A DNA stretch of 64,000 bases from Lingula anatina (GCA_051362555.1 CM120647.1:15662651-15726650), one strand, 5' to 3'. Positions 27,983 to 40,847 are shown, numbered from the stretch's first letter. Numbers and translations are program-made. Notes: generated from the sequence alone by a model not told the origin.

Positions 27983-28623
27983 GGGGGGGGGGGTCAAATG
28001 GTTTTCACAGCACTGGCTGATCGAGGATTTTGATTTGGATGAGTAGGAAAGACAAGGATAACAATTCCCCCTAGATAATAAAGCAAAATATGGGGATAAT
28101 TTTAAAATTATACAGGTTACATGTAGATAGCTCTCACAAATAAACTAAAACAATCAAAAAGATTATTTTTCAACACCATCATATACCAATAGGAAATCGA
28201 ATGGAATCTAATCAAGGAAAATGTATTTGGAGTTCAGAAAGTGCAAAGGTGGTGCTATGCATTGCTGGCACAAACCCTAAGCAAATTTGAAAAGAAGACA
28301 AATTGTAAGTTCCACTGTGTCACTTTCCTTCATTTACATTTGAATTTAGAAATTGCACGCAAAATAAATGTTCACGGACTTTCAGTAACACGTTTATATT
28401 TTTTCATTTTTGTTTTGCTATAGACACAGCCAGGCTACCACAAGGTGGATGGAGTGGTGGAGGGAGTGGTGGAGGGAGTGGTGGAAGGGTAGCTCCAGGG
28501 GGTGGTCCAAGGGGTGCTCCATGCATTTGCTGTGGTCACCGGTGTAATACCGATCACGGACGTTGCTACTGCGCCGGAGTTCCACCCCTTTGCTTGTGTT
28601 TAGCAGAAGATTGGTGGAGATAA
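24907..28623 (+). CDS. Gene C: secreted chimeric protein VWA(9-aa deletion)-TSR-[8-Cys module+TSR]-Gly-rich-8-Cys module, ~444 aa
   Basis: Exons 24907-25120 (MMSMIFYYLIFAILLGQTGA...), 25447-25797, 26327-26521 (VWA), 26896-27033 (PCPWSQWTPCDASCGGGKQTRTRKGCCQGC...ACP), 27626-27868 (ARIKKAAGHAPCTCCGHSCHTDNGRCYCTGVQPTCYCVGWSHWTPCDASC...TCS), 28430-28623 (ARLPQGGWSGGGSGGGSGGRVAPGGGPRGAPCICCGHRCNTDHGRCYCAGVPPLCLCLAEDWWR*). All introns are phase 1, GT-AG, and the frame is open throughout. Confidence 0.8.
25958..26199. mobile_element. hAT-like MITE with 8-bp TSD in a gene C intron
   Basis: Ends are CAGTGGCGGATTTAG and CTGGATTTGCCCCTG. Flanks are GGTACAAC (25950-25957) and GGTACAAT (26200-26207). Absent from the paralogous gene D intron at ~35790. 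Confidence 0.75.
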
Positions 28624-28974
28624 AAGGTGATGTGACAGATTGTTCACAGCAGTAATTTCACAAATACATAGTCAAGGTCTTCTTGTAACACACCAAAATG
28701 TTGATTATTGTGCGAACCTTAGACTGCTAAACCGAGTGGGAAATTCTGTAAGTACATTTGGTGAAATTGTTGTGAAAAATTATGAGAGTGAATTTATGGC
28801 TTATATAAACAAGGGAAAATGGCACTACAGGAAATTTTAACAACAGATACAATTTGCTCAAAGTTATTAGTTAAAAGAACGAATATATATACGAGATGAA
28901 CGGGAAGGGAAGGAAGGTGGTAGGAGAAGTAGAGAACCAGGTTTTGCATGTATATGTAGTTAAAAAGATAAGGA

Positions 28975-29580
28975 ACCAGAGCTTGGATCATATCACTCCA
29001 GTGTTAAAGGAATTGCATTGGCTGCCAATCAAACAAAGAATTTTATTCAAAGTGTTGTGCATAATTTTTAGAGCTTTTAAAGAAAACACACCTGGTTATA
29101 TTGCACATCTTATTCAGTCATCTGAACCACGCAGGTTAACAAGAAACTCTTTTGAAAACAATTTTATACTCAATCACTGTGAAATAGACAGAAAATGCAA
29201 CAAATTCTACGGAGACCGGGCTTTTACTGTTTATGCTCCAAAATTGTGGAACAAATTGCCTTTTAGTATCAGAGCTGAAAGTGACTATAATACTTTTAAA
29301 GCCTGTCTTAAAACTCATCTTTTTAAAGAATTTTATGGTTAGTGTTCCTTTAAACCTTTTAGTTGTTTATCATTTATTAAGAGTGAGCTTGGGTTAATTT
29401 TAGTAGTATTTTAAAGTTATATCAATAAATTTTCTCTGCTTTCTTTAATTAATTTTATCAGTAAATGTTAAAGTATTTTAGTATTGTTATTTTTAGACTT
29501 TTTTAATTATTTGTAAAGTGCATTGAAATGTAAAAAATGGAATGCGCTATATAAGAAATAAATATTATTATTATTATTTA
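28975..29580 (+). mobile_element. 5'-truncated CR1/L2-clade LINE (ORF2 C-terminus, 3' UTR and tail)
   Basis: Peptide DHITPVLKELHWLPIKQRILFKV...GDRAFTVYAPKLWNKLPFSIR...FKACLKTHLF is the typical CR1/L2-group ORF2 end. It is followed by an AT-rich UTR, AATAAA (~29556) and an (ATT)n tail. Confidence 0.85.
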
Positions 29581-30160
29581 TACTGCTATTGTCATATGTG
29601 GTGTTTATTTTCATTCAATGTTGTGATATAATCTAATGCAAGCTATATAATGTGTATTCAAATAAGCAAATAGAAAAATTAATATCGTATTGTAAATGTT
29701 CGTTTTAATCCAAAAATGCATTATTTTACAGTTTGTATTTTCATTTTTTACTTTGTTTTGTTTTGTTTTGTTTTCAGATTAGCCTCCCGTCGAGAGGAAG
29801 CATAACCAGTTGAACATAGAAAAGAAAACTAGTTTCTCACCTAAATGTAAAACTGCATTATTTGGACTTTTTGTGAATATTGAGTTCAACAATAAGTGGT
29901 CATAATAAAGATTGCAGCTAATTCCCTGTGTTTACTGCATAGTCAAGGCTCCAATTTTACCACCTTTGTCGTTGGAACTCGTTTGAATGGTTAATACATA
30001 CATAACACCAATGGATAATGGACTAAAAATTAGAGGCTCTGTCATTTAGTTCATAAACATAAAGGAAAAAGTAAAATTATCAAATTCACTTAATTAGAAT
30101 TGAATGCATTAACTTCAGTTATAGTAATGGTGGGGTATTTTTGTGCACAGGTTAGTCATA

Positions 30161-30195
<35 letters not shown>

Positions 30196-30768
30196 ATAGC
30201 CTACGATACAGTTCCGTTATGAAATTCTAGTGGCCAAAATTCCCTTGACGTCATGAAAATACATGTACATGGAATATTCCAGCCTGTCGTGTGCATTATA
30301 CAAATTACTATTTTTGATGTTCAATATTTGATCCATATAGCCGATATTCATAATGATAATTTATTAAATTAATTCACTTTATTTTTTAATACAAAAATGC
30401 AAGTATGAAAAGATCAATAGACCCCCACAGAGTAATGAATAAATAAATAAATAAATGTTTCATTAAAGGATCAGGAAATTTAAAAGGTTAAACTTAGATT
30501 AAAAATAGATCTAAGAATTTGTCACTGTGGGGTTAGATAGTTTTGCTTTAAACTTTTTTATTCTTTTGTAATTCTTAGTCTTGTCAATTCTCGAAATAGA
30601 TGCCACTTTGAACCCACCCACAGGAAAAAAAGAAAGGCATAAAACAAAGGTATCAAGGCAAGGGTTATTTCTATTAACTTAAGTAATTATTTATACTATC
30701 ATGTACTACAAATGGTGACACAGATGCTAACCTTATTTTCACAAAATATACATGCACCGTATTCTTGT

Positions 30769-30770
<2 letters not shown>

Positions 30771-30815
<45 letters not shown>

Positions 30816-30904
30816 TTTTCAATTCCGTGTGTGTGTGCGTGTGTGTTTGTGAGAGAGAGAAAGAGAGAGAGAGTCTGTGTGTGTGTGTGTGTGACAGAGA
30901 GAGT

Positions 30905-30959
<55 letters not shown>

Positions 30960-30972
30960 TCTGTGTGTGTGT

Positions 30973-31003
<31 letters not shown>

Positions 31004-31095
31004 TGTGTGTGTATGTGTGTGTGAGAGATTGTGTGTGTGTGTGTGTGTGAGAGAGAGAGTATATATGTGTTTGTGTGTGTGTGAGAGAGAGAGTA

Positions 31096-31141
<46 letters not shown>

Positions 31142-31178
31142 AGGGAGAGAGAGCTAGAAAGAGAGAGAGAGAGAGAGA
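30771..31178. repeat. Compound (AAT)n/(GT)n/(GA)n microsatellite upstream of gene D
   Basis: Seen directly. It is an expanded version of the tract at 17580-17688. Confidence 0.95.
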
Positions 31179-31444
31179 TGATGCGCATGTGTAAGAGGCT
31201 GAGAAGCTACCGGTAGCTATAAATGTTTAAAGCGGAGCTCTAATCGGGTTTTAATAGGTGCATTTTATTACTAAATTAAATGGCGTGAGAGCACAAGGAA
31301 TCCATCCGGTTCACATTTAATCTGCATATTACTAACATTACATATAAAGCGGTAAAGGTGCTGCAAATAGCTTAGAAATAACCTCACCTCTCTCTACCCA
31401 TCTTCACCGTGAACTCAATAGCGCAATTAGGGCAAAGTAGAAAG
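31178..31444 (+). promoter_or_regulatory. Putative promoter and non-coding first exon of gene D
   Basis: Near-identical to 17688-17955. Donor AAAG|GTATGT at 31444/31445. Confidence 0.55.
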
Positions 31445-31700
31445 GTATGTAAAGTATAATAATATATGTACATGTGTGTCTTCGGATTCGTGATTTGAAA
31501 AGTGATTTACTTGCACAGATGAGTATGGTTGCACCGTTGTTTTCAAGTCGATTGTCCTTATTAAATGCGATGAAACATTTGGGAGACGACAAATGTTGAG
31601 GTCATATCCAAGATCGTGCTATCAGTGGTAGTTAATGAAGACATAGTGGAGGGGGTCAGAAAACGTGTCAGTTTGTGTCAGCGACAAGTTCCTAGCTTGG

Positions 31701-31747
<47 letters not shown>

Positions 31748-34602
31748 GAAACCAGGCTAAAAGCTGATATTGTTTATACTGTATATTTGTCACAGGCCAG
31801 ATCAAAATCTACTCCTGTTACTAACTGCACGAGGCCAGATCTCAATTGGGATTTTTAAACGGGCTTGAATTCTAGATTGTTCAATGTAAATATTTCCCAA
31901 GAATAAATCCTTAAAATTGCTTTTGATTACTTTAAGAGGAAAAACGTACATACATAGAAGGCGCGAAAATGAATGCAGGCTCCCGTGGGTCCCGGCAAAT
32001 TACCTTTTGTATAAAAAGTGCTATCGTTTAGAAGGAGTGATTGATTTGACAACAACTAATGCGGGGATGGACATTGATCTCACTCATTTACCATCTACGT
32101 AACAGATTAAACTTGTATTGAGTCAATAGCTAATCCGGCATGCCGCCATGCGTGTCATACTGCCATTTCATCAAAAAGTGTTTTCTTCTAGCTGGGATTA
32201 TCAACAATATTTTTTTTCAAAAGTCACATCGCCGCTATTGCTTTATCCAATCAAACATTTTGATTTTTTGCCCCCGCCCCTCCTCTTATGACTTGCTTAT
32301 CAAGACTGTTCATATGGTCATACAGTACCCGGGGCAACTCTACAGTGTTGTGGCGAAGACTGCTCAAGCTAATACCCACAAGGTGTGAACCGCTTTGGCT
32401 CTCATCGTGCTTTATAACGTCAAGGGGGAAGTCAAACGTAATCTCAGAATAAAACAAAATTAAAATAAACACAACTCAAGTCATCTAACTTGGAACGATT
32501 TGAACGATTACACTGTATTAATTAAAGCGACCATACTGGAATTGATATAGCACCACGTCAAACCACCTGTAAAGCGCGTTCAGCAGAGTATAAGTGACAT
32601 CTTCCCTGCTGAATTATTTGCCAAATATGTTCGCTATGTCGTAAGTGCTTGAATGGAATGTGCAGCGGCTTTTACACATTTGCACGGTTTTTAAATTATT
32701 CCCTCTTCTTAGGTGCTTGCTTAAACTAAAATCGATCCGCTGTGCTCTTAAACTGCATTGGTGAAGCCAAACTAAATCGCAGCTTAAAAACAAAGTCGTT
32801 GTAAAAAGGTAATATATCTAGGATCGCTAAATGTCGGCATCTCAAAGAAGGCCTCATGTGCATCATGAACTATGATAAGACCATGTCCGGGGACTGGCGT
32901 TGAGCCGGATGAAATACGTCTCACGGCTCACGGGCTGTGGATCGTAATTGAAGATATATACATTCAGGCCTTCATCCAAACTTTCCCTCTCCGTGACAAG
33001 GTAGAACGTTTTCATTTGATTTCAACACGTGTAACGAATCCTCCGTGGCTCCGTGGTAACACCGCTGTCTCGAACGCAGCTAGCCCCTTCTACGTGTTTT
33101 CGAATTCTGGACCGTTCTACGTAACTTTTTTATCCAGGAATAATTTCTAAAACTTGCATTTGATTACTACAAGAGGAAAAACGTAAATACGGAGGTTGGG
33201 AGCACTCGGAGGTTGGCCGCACTCGCTCCTCGTTATTACCTATCATTGTATGCAATAATACCTTAAAGTAAAATACAACTGCTTGGTTTTTTATGTTATT
33301 AAGATGAAATATTGTATCCATTCTTTTTAAAATGTAATATTATTATTATGATTTTTTTTTTTTTTTTTTTGTAAAATTAATGACTTTTTGGCAAATGCTT
33401 CCGAGTATTACAAAAAAAAAAAAAAAAAAAAAAAATCAACCTCCCGGGCCGTCCCAATAACTGCTCAAAGAATGAGTATGCATCTTCATGTAGGGTTTCG
33501 ATTTTACAGCGAAATCTCAACACAGTATTCGATTGATGAGATTTGTCAGGCAAGATTTGTTGGGTCAGCTTCGTCAAGTTTTGTATTCTTTACATTGAAT
33601 TGAGTTTTCCTAATAAATCTTGACACTATATTATAGTATACAATGAAGAACCATGGCAACGTTAGACTCCTCTAGTGTTTTGTAAGATATCATTTTATAG
33701 AGATACAACATTTAATTCCAAGATACCCTTAAGTTTTGACTGCATGAACGTGACAGTCATCTAACTAAAAAAAAAACATGCTTAATAGATGCCTATTATT
33801 ATATAGAGGAAGACCAAGGTTGGCCAACTGCATTTTGTAACCATGTTGAATAAACAATTTGTAAACCAAATCAAGTACCTAATGAGAATTTTATTTGACT
33901 GGCGGAGCATTACCTTTAATCTTGAGTCCCCTATTAAAATAAATAACGTTCATGGTAGCTATTTGATTCAGATAAAGTAGCTCTCATTAAAATACCAAAA
34001 ACATATGTATTTAGTGTTAAAGAAACACTCACACTGTTCAAAGTACTCTTTTTATCACCTTTTACACTGTTTGAATTTAAATAGCTTTCAAAAAGGATAT
34101 TCATTTACCAAATCACGAATGCAATTAACCAAAACACGTTCGTTTCCCACCGAAGACAGAAGTAAAAACATCGGTTTACCTATACTTTCATTCAAAATTC
34201 ATAATAACATTTAAACCCTGGTACCAGTATATAACCGATGCAACCACGTTAACCTTGAGTGAGTGTTGGAAGGCTAAATGCCTAAACTACTGGATACATT
34301 CATCTTAACATGTCAATTTGATACCTTCTTGGGCAGAGGCTTTGATATGTGCTTTTCGTACATATTTTAGAAATGGTTTAAAACATCGAATCTAAGCACA
34401 GAGGCGGGTGGAGTATTGATTCATGAGCGGGAGAAGTATTTGAGGAATATTAGATTAGGTGGGAAAAGATATTATAATATGTATTATATCCAACTCACAA
34501 TCTGAATAGGCCTCTTTCAGTCATTCCTCCCACGGTCTTTTCCTTTGTTACAAGATATTTTCTGATTTAGACAGCAATAACAACAACAACAACAACAACA
34601 AC

Positions 34603-34645
<43 letters not shown>

Positions 34646-34692
34646 TTTCAGTGTTTTCTCCTCAGGTACATGTCAAGAGGACCAACATCGGA

Positions 34693-36433
34693 ATGATGTC
34701 GGTGATATTTTATTATCTCATATTTTTCATCCTCCTGGGACAGACGGGCGCCTTCGTTGAAATCATCAATGGGATATCAGTCGGAAGAGCTCCTGGCTTA
34801 TTTTCTCCTTCATTTCGAGCGCCACCTGCACTAGAGCCTTTGTATTTCGTCTCTCAGCTGCCCCCAGAAGCATTTGCCTTCCCGGAACTGCAGCGACAAT
34901 TGAGTGGTAAGTCAATACGTAAACGTGCTTCCGTGCCTGTACAACTGCAAGAGATAATTCTATGTGCATACCACACTGCATTTTAAGATTACAAAGTTCA
35001 CCTACATCTTATGTTTATAACCTTATAATATGGACTTTTTACCCAAAACTTATTCTTGTGGATTTATGCCTTAAAAGGCATACATGTACATGTAACTAAG
35101 TTGTCACTTTTTTATTCAACTGTTTAGTTGCACGACCCATACAATAATAGTTATAATGCTTTCGTTTTTATTATTATAATTAGACAATTTGCGTAAAACA
35201 TATGAACAAGTACGTTAATTTAATCCTTACATCACAAACTTGAATCATTTTCCTTCAGAGTGCACGCTGGATATGTGCATTGCCGTCGACGCATCGGGCT
35301 CTCTCAAAAACAAAGAAACCAACGGAAAGACAGGCTGGGAAAACGAGAAGATATTCGCCACCAACCTTGTTCGCCGCGTGGCAAGCTTCGGCGACGACAT
35401 ATCCGTCCGATACGCCAACGTGGTGTTCGGGAGAAAAATCCGAACTTGGTTTGATTTCACTGAAAGCCAGAGCACGGATCACATTATCTACAGACTGGAG
35501 ACCATGCCCTACCTAGACGGTCAGACGAATATACCGGACGCCATGCTGGAGTGTCAGCAACATCTCCTGAACTCAGGCCGCAATGTTGAAAAAGTGGTTT
35601 TAGTGCTGACTGACGGATCAGCAACCCCGGATTTAGGTAATGCTGCACGCTTGTGCAATACATATGCACGTAGGCTCACACATGCATCTATAACAAATAC
35701 ATTTAGAACCTATGAATTTCAAATATGTACTGTACTTACCGAGTTTTACCATTGGTAAATTAAGTTTGACCACTTTACAGAAACCGCGGTACTACTGGTA
35801 CTACCGTTGTACCACTGCTACTACTACTTAATAATAATAATAATAATAATAATAATGATAATAATAATAATAACCTGTGTGATGTATCAAAATCATATAA
35901 TTAAAGGAGCTGTAAGCGTACCTGAGGCTGCTGAGTCGCTGAAAGCCAATGGGATACGCTCAATCGCTGTCGGAGCGGGAAATATCAATAAGACAGAGCT
36001 CCTAGTCATAGCCCAGGGTGACGTGAACTCCGTCTTCATCGCAGAGGACACCTCCAGCCTAAATAACCTCGTGGACGACATCGGCGTATCCTCTTGCGCG
36101 AGTAAGTGCCCGATAGATCAGTATTAATCTTGTGCAGCTTAGTTGTACATGCAAGTGCTAAAAGGGATATACATATATATTAAATTGTGTAAAAGGTTGT
36201 AAACCAGGTGTGAAGCAGGTATGAGCAATGACCAGCTTCATGACAGCACTCCAGTTCAAAATTTGTCCGAAATAATCAGACCAACTTTTTGTCAGATTCA
36301 GTGTGCTATTTTTCCATTAAAATCAACATAAATAAAGTGTCTGAACATCCAGTCGAAGGGATATTTTCCACTCTCCTGCAAAAGTGTCAAACTTTTATGA
36401 CGAACGTGGCATACACTCTGTACTGCAGAATCC

Positions 36434-36473
<40 letters not shown>

Positions 36474-39400
36474 ATTCTATTTTCAGAACCCAACATTACA
36501 ACAACGACACCACAGATATCTACGACCACTACTCCTGGTGAGTAACAGATGCATTATATGTTCACATAAATGTATATCTTTACGTTTTTATTGCTCCCTT
36601 AAATAAGCTAGTGTGTATTTGCAGTTACTCAAGTTAAAAAGGTGCAAAAGTAAAGACAGGCGAGAGGTTAAATATTCTTATGAAAAAGTGGGCAAGATGT
36701 TTTGATGTTAATGTTTTCTGTGCATGTGCGTTGAAAATTTCAGTTTATATATAAATGAAAATTTAAAAGAGATAATGACAGATACCTTGGCAAAATATTC
36801 CATTTATAACTTACGTGCTGTTGACGAATATTCTTTTCACATTGACTGGTAGGCCTATACATTGTTGATTCTTTCTGTGTCTGTGTTCTCTGAGAAATCC
36901 TAACACGAAATTATACCGTTATATCTAAACGTACTGTCTATCTGTTGCTAGCGCCGTGCCCGTGGTCCCAGTGGACCTCCTGTGACGCCAGTTGCGGGGG
37001 AGGAAAGCAAACGAGAACAAGGAAAGGCTGCTGTGAAGGGTGTTTGGATGAAGTTGAAGGGAGAGCGTGTAACACACAAGCTTGCCCAGGTACCGTGTGG
37101 TTTGTCTAATGTAGACTTAAATCTGCATATTGTTAATAGCTTATTTTATGTATTTATCTCTTTTTGGGGTGATTGAGGTTGTTGTTTTCAAATGATATGT
37201 AAAACACTGGCAGATCAAGATTTTTGCTTAGGATGAGCAGGGTAGACAAGGATAACAAAGTACCCTAGATAATAAAGCAATTTACATGTAAGATGTACAG
37301 GTAATGTAAAGCGTGGAGACAGGGAAATGGCCATGGTCTGGTTTCTCTCGGTATACAGTATTCAAAGGAGGGCACAGGAGACTAGGGGACAATTAGATGG
37401 TTGGAGGGGGGGGGGGCACGTGCCTGCCGCACCCCCTCTTCCAGCTGTCGCCACTGAAAACTAAGTGAATACTAGAAAAGCATTCATTATCGCATACTTC
37501 AACTAAGGCAGTTCATTTCTAGTTATTATGAGCTATTTTTGATTAGTTAATTAATTAACTCAATAACGCACAGTAACCTCCTTGGGGGACCATACAATAA
37601 TAAAAAATAATAACAATAATGATTATAATAATAATGATGATTATGATTATATTCATTGTTGTTAGGTCCGTGTCAGTGGTCAGATTGGAGTCCTTGTGAC
37701 ATTCCATGTGGAGGTGGCGTGCAAACGAGGACCATGAAAGATTGTTGTGACAAGTGCTTGGCCAGACTGGACGTCCGATCATGTAATACTGGCAGGTGTC
37801 CTGGTTAGTATAGTTTGTATATTTCATTTTAGTGTAAAATATTCTTAAGCTTGTATCTTCTATATGACATTCACACCAGCCTGCCGGCGGTATCTTGTAG
37901 TAAGAAATAGAATGCGCAAACTCATCTCTTGTTGCAAAATTCAAAATTCAAAGATCACTAGAAAATCACCCATCCTTTTGGGGTGAATTCTCCTTCTTAA
38001 ATATACCCTACGAACTGCCCAGCCAAGTGATCAGATATTCGATTTCAGTTTCCGTGGATGGCCAGTGGAGCGATTGGTCAGCCTATGGCGCGTGCACGGA
38101 CAGTTGTGGTGGAGGCTTTCAAATAAGGTCAAGGACATGTAGCAATCCCTCTCAGGCCGGAACAGGCAAGCCGTGCGTGGGACCTGCTGACGACATAAAG
38201 GAGTGCAACATTCAACACTGTCCAGGTAAATGTTGTGTCTTGATAATTCTTATATTTTCATTTTTTTCTTTCATTCATTCTTTCTATATATCTTACTTGC
38301 TTTCTGTCTTTTTGCCTTTAATTTTTTCTTTTTTTTTTCTAAGTAAGATGTAGTGCATTGTACATGTACAAATTCAGACGGTGTCTCAGATCACATGTCA
38401 TTGTACATACTCACATAAAGTCAATGATAAACACCAAATATACATTTTGTATCTATATCTATCTCTGGGAACAGAAGAACCGTGGGACGGCTGACGAAAG
38501 GCACAGATTCTTTCCCCCTAAAAAGCTTAAAATTATAAGAAATTGCCATTATATGTCTTCAAGTTCTATTTTCTAAATGTTTATCACAGCTTTATGCATC
38601 TTAGAAATAAATTTTATAACAGTTTGTTAAATTTGTCTAGTGTGTCATCTTTGCAGCGTCCACTGTGCTGATTAGACTTTTTTTTGCTCTGCTCACATAT
38701 TTAGTGTTATAAAATTGTACATCCTATGTTTAAATAATAAATACTACTACTACGAAAGGTATTCTGTGCATTTCTAACCCCTGCATCAATTTTTTTTTTA
38801 ATTTTTTTTTATTTAAAACTTTCAATTAAATAATTTATTCAGGGTGGATAATCGTGTAATATCCAGACCAACCAGCACTGTTCTTTTACCATTTACAGTT
38901 CTTGGCCAATGGGGAGACTGGTGTTGCTCATGGTCAGAATGCAGCGCCACCTGTGGAGGAGGTCAGCGCACGCGCACTAGGCAGTGCAGCAACCCAGCCC
39001 CAGCCAATGGCGGCGCAGACTGTGTTGGAAGTAGTATTGAAGAGGAGATGTGTAACACACAGCCATGTCCTAGTAAGCATATGATAACTGCAGTTCCATA
39101 GATCGCATGAAAATTATCAAACTGTCGCAGCGGTAAATAATACATACTGTTTATAAATTGACTTTACTCAGTATAATATAACAATCGAATATAAATATCA
39201 ACAAATGCAGTGGTGAAAAAAGATGAAGTAATTTAGAGTGATAACTGTAAGAATGATATAGTTGAGAAAGAAAATCTAGAAAGGTAAAAAAAAGGAAAAC
39301 TAGAAGAAATTACGGCTACCTGGAAACTAACATACACGGCTTAATTAAAAAAATATATTTGCAAAACCCTCCTACCGCAAGAGTGGCACTCTTTCGACAT

Positions 39401-39977
39401 ATCTCAGGGCCAAGTGATCATGAGCGCACGAGCGAAAAGGATTTTGGATGACGACGAACGAAATGCGAGCATACAAAATGCAAAGACGAACGCAATGTAG
39501 ATGCTTGATACAACGAACCACTAACGCATTCAGAAAATATGCTTCCGCCTGGAAATAGACGAAGATAGACGAATGGAATGCGAAGACAAGACGAACGCAA
39601 TTAATATGACAATGACGACGCACAACTAATGCATTCAGCTTCCATCTGCCAAAAAAAAAAAAAAAAAAAGATCGAGACACCAAATGACAACGATTGGTTC
39701 ACTAAGATTGTAGTGCCAGTGTAGTTATATCGTACATGTGCCAGTGTATGTACCTGTAAGATCGTACGCTACACTTCCAAATGAATTATCTAAGCTCCCG
39801 GTACTTGTAATGCCCGGCAAACTATATGTAGAGGGGGGCGTTCGACTCGGTTCCTTTTCAAAATGTCTCAAATCTTTGATTAATGTTTAATGGAATTTGT
39901 AAACTTGTCTTTGTTTCCTGTGTCACCGAAAGGTTTGAATAAGCCTCTATTTCGGACCAAAGTTTAGACTTCTGCAA

Positions 39978-40020
<43 letters not shown>

Positions 40021-40847
40021 TAGTTATAAAGCATGAACATTATTTTCAGTTGATGGAGGTTGGACTACGTGGACTGGATGGAGCGGGTGTGGGGTGCACA
40101 CGTGCTATCGTACACGTACCCGCACCTGCACCGCCCCGGCCCCGCAGCATGGCGGGAAACCTTGCCCAGGCCGTGGGACTGAAGTCAAGTACTGCCCACC
40201 TGTTTGCTGCCTTGGTAGGGGAGTTTTTATTATTTTATTTTTTTTTCTGTTTTTATACTTTTATATAGTGATTTGACTTACATCGAATTAAAATTCTTTG
40301 GAAAACTGGTCACAGTAAAATAAAATGAAAACAATAGAAGGGATGGAGAAAGAAAAGGGAAGAGAGAATTAACATAAAAGAGGAGTAAACAATAAAGAAA
40401 TGAATAATTGATTAAATTAGATGATAGCAGTATAAAGGGGAAACAGATAACTAAAGTTACCTACTTTTTTGGTATATTCTGTACTATAACAATTTAATAA
40501 AGTTATTCGCCTGCTGCCCTGGTTTATAATTAGTTTAAATGGTTAAATTATATATATTCAATTATTATATTCAATGAATTGGACTCTATTTGTTTATGTA
40601 GGTCTACTTATATTTACATGTATATGTCTGACTTTTGATAAAACCACCTGTTACATAACAACAAGCCATCTTATAACCAATACAAACAGGTGTGTAAGTT
40701 ACAATAAATTCCTCTATACATTCTGTAAAGTTATGTATGTATGATATATTTTGTTTGTGATAATATGTCGCTGTTTATTTATTGATTGATTTACTTATTC
40801 AAGGTTCGTACCGGTCCAGCTATAACCAGCCATGGCATGGATGTTGA
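34693..40847 (+). CDS. Gene D: secreted VWA + Thr-linker + 5x TSP1(TSR) protein, ~557 aa
   Basis: Exons 34693-34906, 35259-35636, 35907-36101 (VWA, intact MIDAS DASGS/GQTN/TDG), 36487-36537 (KPNITTTTPQISTTTTP), 36952-37089, 37666-37803, 38049-38225, 38899-39072, 40050-40214 (TSRs), 40804-40847 (GSYRSSYNQPWHGC*). All introns are phase 1. Confidence 0.9.

Noticed and set aside
27650-28033. ORF-track proteins MLHAPAVVTRV... (27650) and MTPVAGEESK... (36982)
   Set aside because: These are wrong-frame shadows of the TSR/8-Cys exons. The Cys/Trp-patterned frame fits the splice sites and phases.
24907-28623. Gene C as a VWA-only pseudogene
   Set aside because: Three further in-frame phase-1 exons with canonical splice sites and a clean stop were found, with no frameshifts or premature stops.
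28896-29342. 148-aa ORF as a host gene
   Set aside because: It is the C-terminus of a 5'-truncated LINE ORF2.
30765-31188. Several ORFs with HT/SL/CV/ER repeats (also at 7662, 8377, 9710, 17453, 49016)
   Set aside because: They are translations of microsatellites or homopolymer runs.
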